From Mobula hypostoma (taxonomy: Eukaryota), in contig NC_086125.1 in the NCBI RefSeq assembly GCF_963921235.1, positions 20,336,001-20,400,000 on the forward strand: a stretch of 64,000 nucleotides of DNA. Reading direction: 5' to 3'. This document shows, piece by piece, positions 50,456 through 62,062 of the stretch. The position numbers were made by a program, and so were the translations under genes. The notes below the pieces were generated by a model. It was not told the DNA's origin and searched no databases. It saw only the letters and a program-made list of their open reading frames with translations. The stretch's first letter is position 1; each line of letters starts with the position of its first letter.

Positions 50456-51865
50456 TTATCAGCGACTTGGATGAGGAAGTAGAAGGGTGACTTAGTAAGT
50501 TTTCAGATGGCACAGAGTTTGGTGGTGTTGTGGATAATGCAGGTGGTTGTCGTAGGTGGCAATGGGACATTGGGTGCTGAACTGGACTGAGAAGTGTCAG
50601 ATGGAGTTCAATCCAGGAACGAGTGAAGTAATATTGTCTGGAAGGTCGAATTTGAAAGCAAAGTACAGGATTAACAGCAGGATTCTTAGCAATGTGGAGG
50701 AACAGAGGGAACTTGAGATCAAGGACCATTCACTGATAGGTACAGTGTGATAGCCTTCGGGTTGGGTATTCGGGGGATTGAGTTCAAGAGCCACAGCTCT
50801 GTAAAGCTCTGGTTAGACCATATTTGGAGTATTGCATTCAGTTCTAGTCGCCTCATTACAGGAAGGATGTGGAAGCTTAAGAGAGGGTGCAGAGAAGAAT
50901 TACCAAGATGTAGTAAACACAAGATAATCTGCAGATGCTGGGATCAAAGCAACACTCACAACACGCTGGAGGAACTCAGCAGGTCGGGCAGCATCAGTGG
51001 AAACGATGAGTCGACGTCTCAGTCCTGACGAAGGGTTCCAGCCCAAAACGTCGGCTCATCGTTTCCACTGATGCTGCTCGACCTGCTGAGTTCCTCCAGC
51101 GTGTTGTGAGTGTTACCAAGATGTTGTCTGGATTAGAGAGCATGGCTTACGAAGAAAGGTTGAGTGAGCTAAGACTTGTTTCCTTGGAGCGAAGGAGGAT
51201 GAGATGTGACATGATAGAGGTGTATGAGATAATGAGAGACATACATAGAATGGACAGCCAACATCTTTGCCCCAGGTAGAAATGGCCAACACAAGAGGGC
51301 ATCCTTTTAAGGTAACACACAAAATGCTAAAGGCCCTACAGAGTTTTGTGGTTGTGGATCTGTGGAATGCTCTGCCTCAGAAGGCAGTGGAGGCCAATTC
51401 TCTGGATTCTTTCAAGAAATAGTTAGATAGAGCTCTTAAAGATAGCGGAGTCAAGGGATATGGGGAGAAGGCAGGAAAAGGGTACTGACTGTGGATGATC
51501 AGCCATGATCACAGTGAATGGTGGTGCTGGCTCGAAGCTGAATGGCCTACTCCTGCACCTATTGTCTATTGCTCCAGATTTCCAGCATCTGCTGAAGCTT
51601 TTGTTTTTTATAATTTTAAGGTCATTGGAGGAAAGTATTAGGGGGATGTCAGAGGTTGGGTTTCTTTTTTTTGGTAGTGGATGCATGGAACGTACTGCCA
51701 GGCGTAGTGATGCATTCAGGTACGTTACAGACATTTAAGAGACATTTAGATGGGCACATGGATGAAAGAAAATAGAGGGCTCTGTGGGAGGGAAGGGTTA
51801 GATACAATATCCTGAAACAATATCCTGGGCCGAAGGACCTGTACTGTGCTCTCTGTTCTATGTTC
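50456..51865 (+). mobile_element. Nested CR1 RT/3' fragments with Penelope insertions
   Basis: SKFSDGTEFGG and WTEKCQMEFNP RT motifs. Further CR1 pieces at ~3890-4260(-), 25740-26125(+), 28920-29760(+), 32290-32580(-), 55702-56130(+), 57890-58410(-). Confidence 0.75.
50912..51112. mobile_element. Miniature Penelope-derived fold-back element inserted in a CR1
   Basis: Inverted arms (AACACTCACAACACGCTGGAGGAACTCAGCAGG... / ...CCTGCTGAGTTCCTCCAGCGTGTTGTGAGTGTT) with a degenerate hammerhead at the centre. TSD TTACCAAGATGT at 50900-50911 and 51113-51124. Confidence 0.85.
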
Positions 51866-52419
51866 TATATTCTGTCCCACGCTCTGACACAGCAGCTTTC
51901 CCAGTGGTGCCAGCCCCAGCTTCGGCTACAGCAAAGCAGCTAAGGGGGAAGATTAGGGCATGAAATTAAAACCAAAAGAAAATAAAAATTGCTCATGCCT
52001 AATTAACTACCCTCAAACTAAAACAAAGTCAGGACGCAAGAGCTTCAGATTGGACGCAATCTGCTCACACAAGTACTGACCTTTCGAGTGGGAGAGTAAT
52101 GGCATTTAATAACACTGCAATCAAAGCCCAATATAGGTAAAGGCCCTGAGGAAGTGCGAGGTGAAAACTGGGAGGCGGAAAGTGTACAATGAGACCAGCA
52201 CGCATCTTATAAAGGCAAGTCATTGGCACCTGTAGCAGGTTACTTATTTATGTCATGTTCCTAGCAGTCAACACTAATGTCGTGCCTGCTGGCATATGTG
52301 CCGGGACCTGTTTGTGGTGGTTTCACTTCAGTCTGAACAATCAACACACGGATTGTGGGTTTGGGCACAACCTGCTCCAGTCTGCAAAGGCTTTCTGTAG
52401 ATCCAACAACATTACAGAG

Positions 52420-52878
52420 CAAGTACTGTGATCACTCGAGTGGAGGATGACGTTCTCCTGAGGGGTCGTCTACTGATGGGTCCTAGACTGACCTGGGATC
52501 CACGTAACTCAGGGATGTTAGGGTGAAGTCCCTTCACGAAGAACGCCTGTGTGTGACTTGGTTCAACGTGGGGAGAATGATGGATGGGGAGCCTTGACAG
52601 ATCGGGGTCAGGGTCCAGTGGCATGGATGCAAGACTACTACTGCAGTCCTCCCCCACCTTCACTGCTATCGTGGTGTGTCATCATCTCCTACCAGCTCCA
52701 CCACTGAGGTCTTGGCCGGATCTCTCTTTGTCCTGACCTCTCATGTGATCTTACCACCATGGGTGACACTCCCGGGAGCTAACCACCAGATTTCTAAACT
52801 CCAGACAGCATCATTCTCGGGATCTCAGGAACTCACAAGCCTCTCCACCACGGCAAGGCGGCGATTGTTGGAGAGGCC
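52420..52878 (-). mobile_element. RTE/Expander-like 5' UTR fragment (second copy at ~14935-15180 on +)
   Basis: Both copies share GGTGGAGAGGC...CCTGAGATCCCGAGA...GTCACCCATGG...CAGACAAAGAG...GGTGGAGCTGGT. RTE assignment is from recalled resemblance only. Confidence 0.55.
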
Positions 52879-53902
52879 AACAACATTATGAACCTATTTC
52901 GCATTACATCCCTTTCAAATTTCAAGTTCCCTCTCTGCTCTGAACCGTGATTGATACTATGCAAAGATTAAACAACTGAAGAATCTTATCGTTGCCAAAT
53001 TCTGAATTTGACTGGTTAAGTTCAGGTGAAAAACTTGAAAGTCACAAACCATAATGTCATATGTACCAAGACAGAGTGAAAGGCTTGTGCATTGAGGCCA
53101 GAATAAGGTAAGACAACAGCAATGCAGAATAAAGTGTATCTGTAAAGACTTATTAGAGACAATACGCATTTATCCCCCAAATGTTTTGTGGCCAACCAAG
53201 TATTTTTACTAAAGACACAGGAAATTCGGCAGATGCTGGAAATCCAAAGCAACACACACAAAACCCTGGAGGAACTCTGTAGTCAGGTAGCATCTATGGA
53301 GGTGAATAAATAGTCCACATTTCAGCCCGAGACCCTTCATCAGGACTTTATTATTAGAGTACGGCGTGCAGTGCAGGAGACATGGCAACATGCAGGATTC
53401 AACAAAATGCCGTGTGATAATGACCCAGATAACCAGTTTCCATAATTCAGGGGGGCGGGGGTGAGGGGAAGGATGTTGTTCTGCCAATGAGATGTGTGCC
53501 CTGCTCTTTAAAATAATGCCGTGGGATTTCCTCTGCCCCTGTGAGGGACATTGTCTCATGTGAACACAGGCACCTCTGACGGCGTGTCACACCATCAACA
53601 CTGTACTACTGGTGCCAACCTTGGTGTCATGCTCAATGCTTCAGAACATGGTTTGAATCCATAATCTGATAAAGGATTCAACTCAAACTGTCAACTGTTT
53701 ATTCCACTCCACAGCTGCTGCCTGACCTGCCGAGTTCCTCCAGTATTTTGTGTATGTTGAATCCATAACCACCTGACTGAGTGTTGACTGAGCCACAGTT
53801 GACGTTTGAACCATGACTTTTGAGCATCACCTCCGGGCTGTATCTGAGGCCCAAGCATCGCCAATGATTTTTTTTTATATAAGATATAAAAAGATAAATT
53901 CT

Positions 53903-54611
53903 AGCAACACACACCAAAGTTGCTGGTGAACGCAGCAGGCCAGGCAGTATCTCTAGGAAGAGGTACAGTCGACGTTTCAGGCCGAGATCCTTCGTCAGGA
54001 CTAACTGAAGGAAGAGCTAGTAAGAGATTTGAAAGTGGGAGGGGGGAGAGATCCAAAATGATAGGAGAAGACAGGAGGGGGAGGGATAGAGCCAAGAGCT
54101 GGACAAGTGATTGGCAAAAGGGATATGAGAGGATCATGGGACGGGAGGCCCAGGGAGAAGGAAGTGGGGGGGGAACCCAGAGGATGAGCAAGGGGTATAG
54201 TCAGAGGGACAGAGGGAGAAAAAGGAGAGAGAGAGAGAGAAAGAATGTGTGTATATAAATAAATAACGGATGGGGTACGAGGGGGAGGTGGGGCATTAGC
54301 GGAAGCTAGAGAAGTCAATGTTCATGCCATCAGGTTGGAGGCTACCCAGACGGAATATAAGGTGTTGTTCCTCCAACCTGAGTGTGGCTTCATCTTTACA
54401 GTAGAGGAGGCCGTGGATAGACATATCAGAGTGGGAATGGGACGTGGAATTAAAATGTGTGGCCACTGGGAGATCCTGCTTTCTCTGGCGGACAGAGTGT
54501 AGGTGTTCAGCAAAACGATCTCCCAGTCTGCGTCAGGTCTCGCCAATATATAGAAGGCCACATTGGGAGCACCGGACGCAGTATATCACCCCAGCCGACT
54601 CACAGGTGAAG
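53903..54611 (-). mobile_element. Penelope-like element 3' fragment (GIY-YIG plus 3' UTR)
   Basis: Colinear with 40691-41401. TSD AAGATAAATTCTA (53891-53903) / AAGATAAACTCTA (54609-54621), one mismatch. Confidence 0.9.
53967..54002 (-). ncRNA. Minimal type I hammerhead ribozyme motif (Penelope), intact core
   Basis: AGUC CUGACGA AGGAUCUCGGCCU GAAA CGUC GACU. Confidence 0.78.
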
Positions 54612-55299
54612 ATAAACTCTATTTATCACCTGCTCATTGAAACATATGGTGAAATGCATAGTGGTTGCACAATCACTCTACAGTACCAGTGATCACCAAC
54701 TGGGGTTCAGTTCCCACTGCCATCTGTTAGAAGTTTGTACATTATCTCCGTGGCCACTTGCGTTTCCTCCGAGTGCTCTGATTTCCTCCCATGTTCCAAA
54801 GACACACTGGTTAAGGTTAGTAAATTATTAGTACACTATGCTGGTGCTGGAAACATGGCAACACTTGCGACCTGCCACCAGCACACCCTTGGACCGTGCT
54901 GGTCACTGACAGAAACGACTCGTTTTTACTGTATGTTTGGATGTGTAACATGTGACAAATACAACTCATCTTTATCTTTAAGTAATTCCCACGAGCTGTA
55001 CCACTAAGTGGTATATGTGCAACATGCATTACAGGTGAGACAAACAATTCTCAGCGGGCTGAGTGTGGGGTCTATACCCTCTTTCCATTGTTTGCATTCA
55101 GTGTCCCTTTGGGAATGGCTTGTAGTAAATTCTGGGATGTTTCCCCACCAGTCTTGGGCCTTGGTTGACTGAGCATGTTAAGTTAATTTCCAGGGGACTT
55201 CGAGGTTTTTTCTTGCCTTTATGAGAACAAGTTAACACGACACAAAGACAGGAGGAAGGGCAAATCATGACAAAGATTTTGAGATTGCGGCAGTATATT

Positions 55300-55701
55300 C
55301 AGTACTGTGTAAAAGTCTTAGTCACCCTAGATTTTTTATATCGTTTCAGATAGTATGGCTTCCACAGAGCCTTGATCTCAATATTATCGAGGCTGTCTGG
55401 GATTACCTGGAGAAACAGAAGCAAGCGGGTCAGCCAAAGTCTGCAGAAGAACTGTGGCAAGTTCTCCAAGATATTTGGAACAACCTACCAGTTGATCTTC
55501 TTATAAAACTGCACAACATGTACTTAAAGATAATTGATACAGTTTTAAAGGCAAAGGGTAGTCACCCCAATATTGATTTGATTTAGTTTTTTTTTACTCT
55601 TTGCTGCTCTTTATAATCATTTTTTGACATCTAAAAACTTTTAGTTCTATTATTTTTACAGATTTTTTTTTACATGTGCCTAAGACTTTTGCACAGTAGT
55701 G
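55300..55701 (+). mobile_element. Tc1-like deletion derivative with transposase C-terminus
   Basis: TIRs CAGTACTGTGTAAAAGTCTTAG / CTAAGACTTTTGCACAGTAGTG. Manual translation WLPQSLDLNIIEAVWDYLE...LKAKGSH resembles the Tc1 WPxQSPDLNPIE motif. Related TIR pieces at ~10545-11097. Confidence 0.82.
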
Positions 55702-56611
55702 TAGATAGGCTGAGAAAGTGGGTGCAAACGTGGCACATGGATTTAACATGGGTGAGATCATGTCTCAGTGGAATTAAAAGGCAGATTTCAGGTCTCAGTG
55801 AAATTAAAAGGGAAAAAAACACTGCAAATGAGTTAAGAAAGGTGTCCCAGTGCATGAGTCACAAAAAGTTTACAGGCAAACTTAGCAAGTAGTTAAAAAG
55901 ACAAAGGACACATTGTCTTCATTGCAAATAGTTGCAGCGTAGAAACACAGAAATTTTGTGATAATTATACAGGATTTTGATGAGGCCACACCTGGAATAC
56001 TGTGAACAGTTTTGTCCCCTTATCTAAAGGACCTACTAGCATTGCAGGCATCTTGGAAGAGATTCATCGGGCAAATTCCTGGGATGAGAAAATTATCCTA
56101 TTAAAACAAATTAACAGGTTAGCACTGTAATCCCTTCATCTGGACACAGTTGATGATCTGGGCGAAGACCGTTCACTGGGACTCTGATGAAGGGTCCCAG
56201 CCTGTAAGGTCAACTGTTTATTCCTCTCCATAGATGCTGCCTGACCTGCTGAGTTCCTCCAGCATTTTGTGTGCGATACATCATTGCTAATTTGACAGTG
56301 ATCATTTAGCAAACAACAGTAGTTTAGGTGCTGATGTGGACAGGGTACTTCCTTGCCCTCACGAGGCAGCCAAGAATGCATCTCGAACAGCGGGCAGTAG
56401 GGAAGGAGCTTGTCCATTGAATTGCATTGGCTGAGCTCTTGCTTCACAGCAGTAAGGGTAGATCAGTCAGATACCTGCTCACACCACCGCTGGCTTTAGC
56501 AGAAGGGTTTCAACCTGCTCCTCTAATGTTTCCATGCTCTCTTATCGCTGTGATGATTGCACATTCTAGTATGAATTGTTTGGCGACAATAAAGTATAAA
56601 GTATAATCTGA

Positions 56612-56747
56612 ACAACAGGAATTCTGCAGATGCTGGAAATTCAAGCAACACACATCAAAGTTGCTGGTGAACGCAGCAGGCCAGGCAGCATCTATAGGAA
56701 GAGGCGCAGTCGACGTTTCAGGCCGAGACCCTTCGTCAGGACTAACT
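56612..56747 (-). mobile_element. Short Penelope 3'-terminal fragment with hammerhead motif
   Basis: Near-identical to 40659-40794. Confidence 0.88.
56708..56743 (-). ncRNA. Minimal type I hammerhead ribozyme motif (Penelope), intact core
   Basis: AGUC CUGACGA AGGGUCUCGGCCU GAAA CGUC GACU. Confidence 0.8.
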
Positions 56748-58859
56748 ATTTCCTTCAGCTTCCTGATACTGTAAAACTAGTTGTTTCCTAGAGCATTTCT
56801 TCTTAAAAAAAACTAATTAAAAACCTAGTTCCTATATCAAACACTAGAACAGGGCATTACACTGGTTCCCAGTGAAATATTCATTCAAATATCGGTTTCG
56901 AGTTTTGGTGAAATATTTTTTAGGAAAACAAGCGATCGCTAAGATTTCTGTATAATAAGAAAATCAAAGAGTGTGGCGACAGTGCGAGAAAATGGAGCTG
57001 AGACGGATGATCATTTGTCACAGAGAATTAGGAGCAGGAGCAGGCTATTCAGCCCTTCAAGACTGTTCTACCTTTCAGTTTGATCATCTGATCTTCTATC
57101 TCCAAATTCCTTCCTTCTCCTTGATGTCTAAACATCTATCCATCCCCTTTTTTTTTCCTAGGGACTTGGCCTCCACAGGTTCTCTACTACTAAATGAAGA
57201 ACATTTTCTTCATCTCAGCTCCAAGCATCTTCTCCAATCAGTGTTTCCCAGCTCGTTTCTATTCCAGACCCCTACATCCAGCAGAAACATCTTTCCTACA
57301 CCAATCTGAACCATCTTTTTCAGAATTTTGTATGATAGCCAGGCAGTCTACTGATAATTCTTTTAACTTTATGTAGAAATCATCTGAAAAAACAAGTCTC
57401 CAGCTACAAGAAAGCAAATCAACATCTTTGTTGTTTTTAATTAATCAGCAAGGATCCATTTATGCATCAGCAACTGCAATCTTGAAACAGAAAATAACTG
57501 GCTGCTAGGTAAAGTGTAAATCTAGTGGACCCATTGTCCAGTTAATTGTCTTGCCTTGTTTAGGTAGCACGTGGCATTGTGTGATCTTAATGGGAGATAC
57601 AAGAGATTAGAGAGGTTGGAATCTGAAGCAATGAATAAATTTAGAGACACGAGAGATTGTAGATGCTGGGATCCGAAACAACAAACAGTTTGCTGGAGGA
57701 TCACTCGCAACATGCTGGAGGGACTCAGCAGGTCAGGCAGCATCCATGGAAACGATCAGTCGACGTTTCGGGCCGGAACCCTTCTCAGAGGTTCAAACAG
57801 CATCTATGGGGGAAGGAATTGCCAATTTTCAACTGAAAACACCAACTGTCCAATTTCTCTACGGATACTGCCTGACCTGCTGAGCTCAGTAAGACCTAGG
57901 ATCGAAATTAGGCCATTCGGCCTGTCGAGTCTTCTCCACCATTCCATCATGCCTGTCTTATTAACCCTCTCAAGCCCATTTTCCTCCCTTCTCCCCATAA
58001 CCTTTGATGCCCTCAATAATCAAGAATCCATCAACCTCCACTTTAAATACAGAACATAGAACATTGAATTCTACAGCCTTCGACCCACAATGTTGTGCCA
58101 ACCATGTAACCTACTCGAGAAACCGCCGAGAATTTCTCTAGTACATAGACCTCTATTTTTCTAAGTTCCATGTACCTACCTAAGAGGCTCTTAAAAGACC
58201 CTATTCTATCCATATATATTGAATACTCAATGACTTGGCCTCCACAACTGCCTGTGCCAATGAATTCCAAAGAGTCTCTATCCCCCGGCTGAAGAAATTT
58301 CTCATTGCTGTTCTAAAGGGATGTCCTTGTATTCTGACATTGTGCCTTTGAGTCCTAGATTCCCCCACCATTGGAGATATCTTCTCCAAGTCCACTCCAT
58401 CTAGGCTTTTGCTCAAGTAGATTGTTTTCTGTATGCTCCCAGCATCCTGCTGGAGTGGCGTCCCACATCTTTGAAATAATATGCATACAACCACCATCGT
58501 GCCTCCGCCCTCTTCAGGTCACCTTCTCCTCTCTCCAGCTCCAGTAAATTTACTGAGTGCAAACTTGTCTGAAATATTATCCTCCTTGCCTTCAACGTCA
58601 ATGGAGAGCTCCCCAGCACTCCGAGACACCAGACCCAAAGCCAGCAAGCGTGTGTGGAAATCCCTCTGTTGAACGCACACTGCCCAGCCCCTGTGAGAGT
58701 CTTGTCCGCTTTCTCTAAATCCTGCTAATGTGACAATTATGCAGGGTAGCATGACAGTGTCCAAAACATATCACAGACCTTAACAGAAAGGCAACTGTTG
58801 TACTTTGTTATTTGTTACATACACCTGTTAGGGTGCATTCTCCAGTTACGTTATAAGGT

Positions 58860-59275
58860 AACCGTAGCCTTCAGCCAGGAGCAGATGTCATCAGGTGGTT
58901 TCCAACCTTCACAGAGTGTTTCGACCCTTAACCATGACACTCTCCAGTTGGTGGGCCGGCAGTGGTGGCCAAATCACTGCCCATCTGCTCCTGGCTTCCA
59001 GCTTCCCTCCTCTCGCCTACTCCAAATCCAACAATCTTTCTGCCTCTTCCCCCATCCTACGAGTTGCTTGTTTTTCGCTCCTTTCGTCCAGGCCCAGAGC
59101 TGACAACAACCGCCATGCTGATTTGGCTGGGAAACCTCTGCAGCCGATCTCCACAGGGAACAACCATGCCTGCCATCCCTTGTCTTTACACTCCTGCACT
59201 AAGGGCTGGTACTTCAAGGCCTTTCTCTCGTGGGCCTCTTCCCATCCCTCCTCCCACGGCACAGTCAGCTCAACC
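58860..59275 (-). mobile_element. 3' fragment of an RLE-type (HERO/NeSL-like) non-LTR retrotransposon
   Basis: VELTVPWEEGWEEAHERKALKYQPLVQECKDKGWQAWLFPVEIGCRGF is the C-terminus of a restriction-like endonuclease. After a frameshift it continues CWIWSRREEGSWKPGADGQ* (stop ~58974-58976), followed by the 3' UTR. Confidence 0.85.
58883..58943 (-). ncRNA. Candidate non-circularly permuted hammerhead ribozyme (degenerate copy)
   Basis: AGAGUGU-C-AUGGUU / GGGUC-GAA-ACACUCU / AACCAC-CUGAUGA-CAUCU; 7-bp stem III, 5 of 6 bp stem I, 4 of 5 bp stem II. Confidence 0.6.
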
Positions 59276-61444
59276 GACTAAATCCATTCATAACTAACAC
59301 CCAGTGCAAACCACTTACTGATGCTATCTGCTCATTAATGGTTTGTTCCTGCATTTTGACAAAGGATTTCTGATTCAAAGCCGTGGTGGTGTGTTGTTAC
59401 AGATTCGTAGTAGTTTTCAACCCAGTCTGTGAAGGCTAACAAAGAGGACAGTGTGACTTTAAACTGCTCGATGGACATTACACTGGGCCACCAGCCCCCA
59501 GTGATCAGTCCTATGGCGACCCTATCTGTCAATGGCCATGGCCGCTGTTCACCAGATTCTCTTGAAACAAAGTGCTCTGGGGCCTTCTCCTCCCTCCAAT
59601 GTTTGCCCACCACAACCTCTCTGAACCCTGCCATCCTCACATCCCTGAGGGGAACTTGGGATTTGTGATGAGGGGTGAGGTATTGGTGGGGGAGGCATTT
59701 TCAGTCCGAAGTGGTAATCGTAGGTGACCTTTGCCTGTCGAAAACATCCTGGAACTTTGATGGATGGTTTCCTCGACCATGAGATCCCTCACTCTTTTCC
59801 CCACTCTCGCAGCTGAAGGAATCCGATGCCGATAAAGACTTAAAGATTTAGCTCTATTTGTCACAGGTGCATCAAAACATCAGGTTCAGAAACAGCTATC
59901 ACCCTTCTACCATCAGGCTGAAGCGGAGTGGATAACCTCACTCACCTCAACTCTAAACTGATCACTGAACACAGCCTACAGACTTGATTTCAAAGATTCT
60001 ACAACTCATGTTCTCACTATTATTTATTTATTATTATTGCTTGAATTTTCGACTTGCACAGTTTGTCTTTTTTATACATTGGGTTGTTTGTCAGTCTTCA
60101 GCTGTGTGTAGCTTTTCATTGATTCTATTGTATTTCTTGGTTCTACTGTGAACGCCTGCAAGAAAGTGAATCTCCGGGCACTATATGGTGAGATATACAC
60201 ACCTCAGATAATAAGTTTACTTTCTACTTTGAAGCATATAGTGGAATGCATCACTTGCACCAACAACCAACACAGTCCAAGGATGAGACGAGCTGGGGGC
60301 AGCCTGCAAGTGTCACCCACAACTCTCTAACCCCAACCTGTACGTCTTCGGAACGTGGGAGAAAACCAGAGCATTCAGGGAAAACCCACGCGGTCACAGG
60401 GAGAACACATGAATTCCTTGCAGACAGTGGCGAAATTGTACCTGCCCCCTCCGCCAGATTGAGAACAGCTAAGACCTGAGCACCAGACCCCGGCGGCATC
60501 CGCGAGTCACGGCGTAAACAGTCCATTAAATCTCACTCCTTGTTTTGTGTGTGGTGACCAGTTCCCAATCTGTGGGTCGGTATTCCCACAATTCCGCACG
60601 CTCTAACTTAATGAGCAGCTCCCGGTGGGACTCTCTTGCAAAGGTCTAAGTGTACCAGTATCGACCTCTTTACCCTTAACCTCTGCAAATCTCAGGAAGT
60701 CCAGTGGATTAGTCAGAGTTATTTATTACAATAAATCCATGCTGATTCTGCATAGTCGTGTTGTTCGTTACAAGGAGTCCCGTGGTCTTACGGGCTGCAC
60801 CTATCATTTTCATTCCTGAGCACCGTTTCCATACCAGCTCACGATGCAACCAATTAGGATATTCTCCACTGCACAGCAACCAAAGTTTTTGGGAGTTTTT
60901 GGCGACATGTGGACAAAAGACTTGGAAAAGACTAAAAATTTTTTTTAAAGAGTATTTTTTTTTTTGTTTATTCCCTCTCAAAATGTGGAGTGCTGCCATT
61001 TACTGTCTGTCTCCAATTGCGTCCCAGTCATTTTAAAAGTTAATTGACTTAACCACATTGACAGGTCTGGAATTTCATGGGCTGTACTGGACGAGGTAGT
61101 TTCCTTTCTTAGAGATGTTCATGAACCAGGTGGAATCGGGTGGCTTTGTGGCCGCCCTGACTGAGACAGCTTTGGTTCAGTTTAATTTACCGCTGTGGTA
61201 GTGGATTTGATCTGGTGTCACTGAATCATTCGGCCAGGTGTCTGGATACTGATCCTGTACTTAACTGTGATCCTCATTTTACATGAAGGTGGAGGGGAAG
61301 AAAGGCAGAGAGATTTAAGGAGAACATTTTGCTGTGCAAGTCCCCAGCAGTGATTGTCAGTTATTCACGACAATCACTCAGTCCAGTGAAAGTTTCATAA
61401 GACCACAAGGCACAAGAAAAGCATTAGGCTATTTGGCCCATGAG

Positions 61445-62062
61445 GGCTTTTTATGGTGGATGCAGAACTCCAACAACAAATAGAAGTACCCGACAAGAAC
61501 AACGGTGAGTTGGAAAGAGATTGGAAAATGGAGGAAATTATTACAAGGATACAAAAGGAAAAGGAATTTGTTGCAAAGTGAATTATCTACATTCAGGTTA
61601 TAAAATGAAAACATGGAAGCAAATGAAGAAGAACTCCGAGGTCTCAGTAAACAACTGCAAGCTACGATCCAAGAAAAGGAAAACTTGAAAAAGCAGATAG
61701 ACTTGGAAAAACAGCAATTTTAAAAGTATAATGTGCAATAATTACTATTCTCTAACAAGATGATTTTAGTCTTACAAGTGATGTAGATGAAATCAATGTA
61801 ATTGAGGTAATGCAACTACACGAAAACATGACATAACTAGGGAAGAATAGCAGTTTGCGGCATATCTAATGAGCACATTAAGCATTCACGAGGAATTGCA
61901 ACTACAGAGTGAAGCTAATAAAGAACTGCAGGCTGAACTAGATTGTCTAAAGTAGAGAACTCCAGGACATATTTGGTTAGAACACCACAAGTCTAGCAGG
62001 TGGTGGTAATGCACTGAAAACTGGTTGCCAACCCCCATTAAACAAAAAAGAAGAAGAAGAAT
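61445..62062 (+). pseudogene. Decayed coiled-coil coding remnant, possible processed pseudogene fragment (parent unknown)
   Basis: Frameshifted, stop-interrupted peptides AELQQQIEV...MEEIITRIQKEKE, LLQSELSTFRL*NENMEANEEELRGLSKQLQATIQEKENLKKQIDLEKQ and IHEELQLQSEANKELQAELDCLK; ends with ATTAAA and an A-rich run. Confidence 0.5.
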
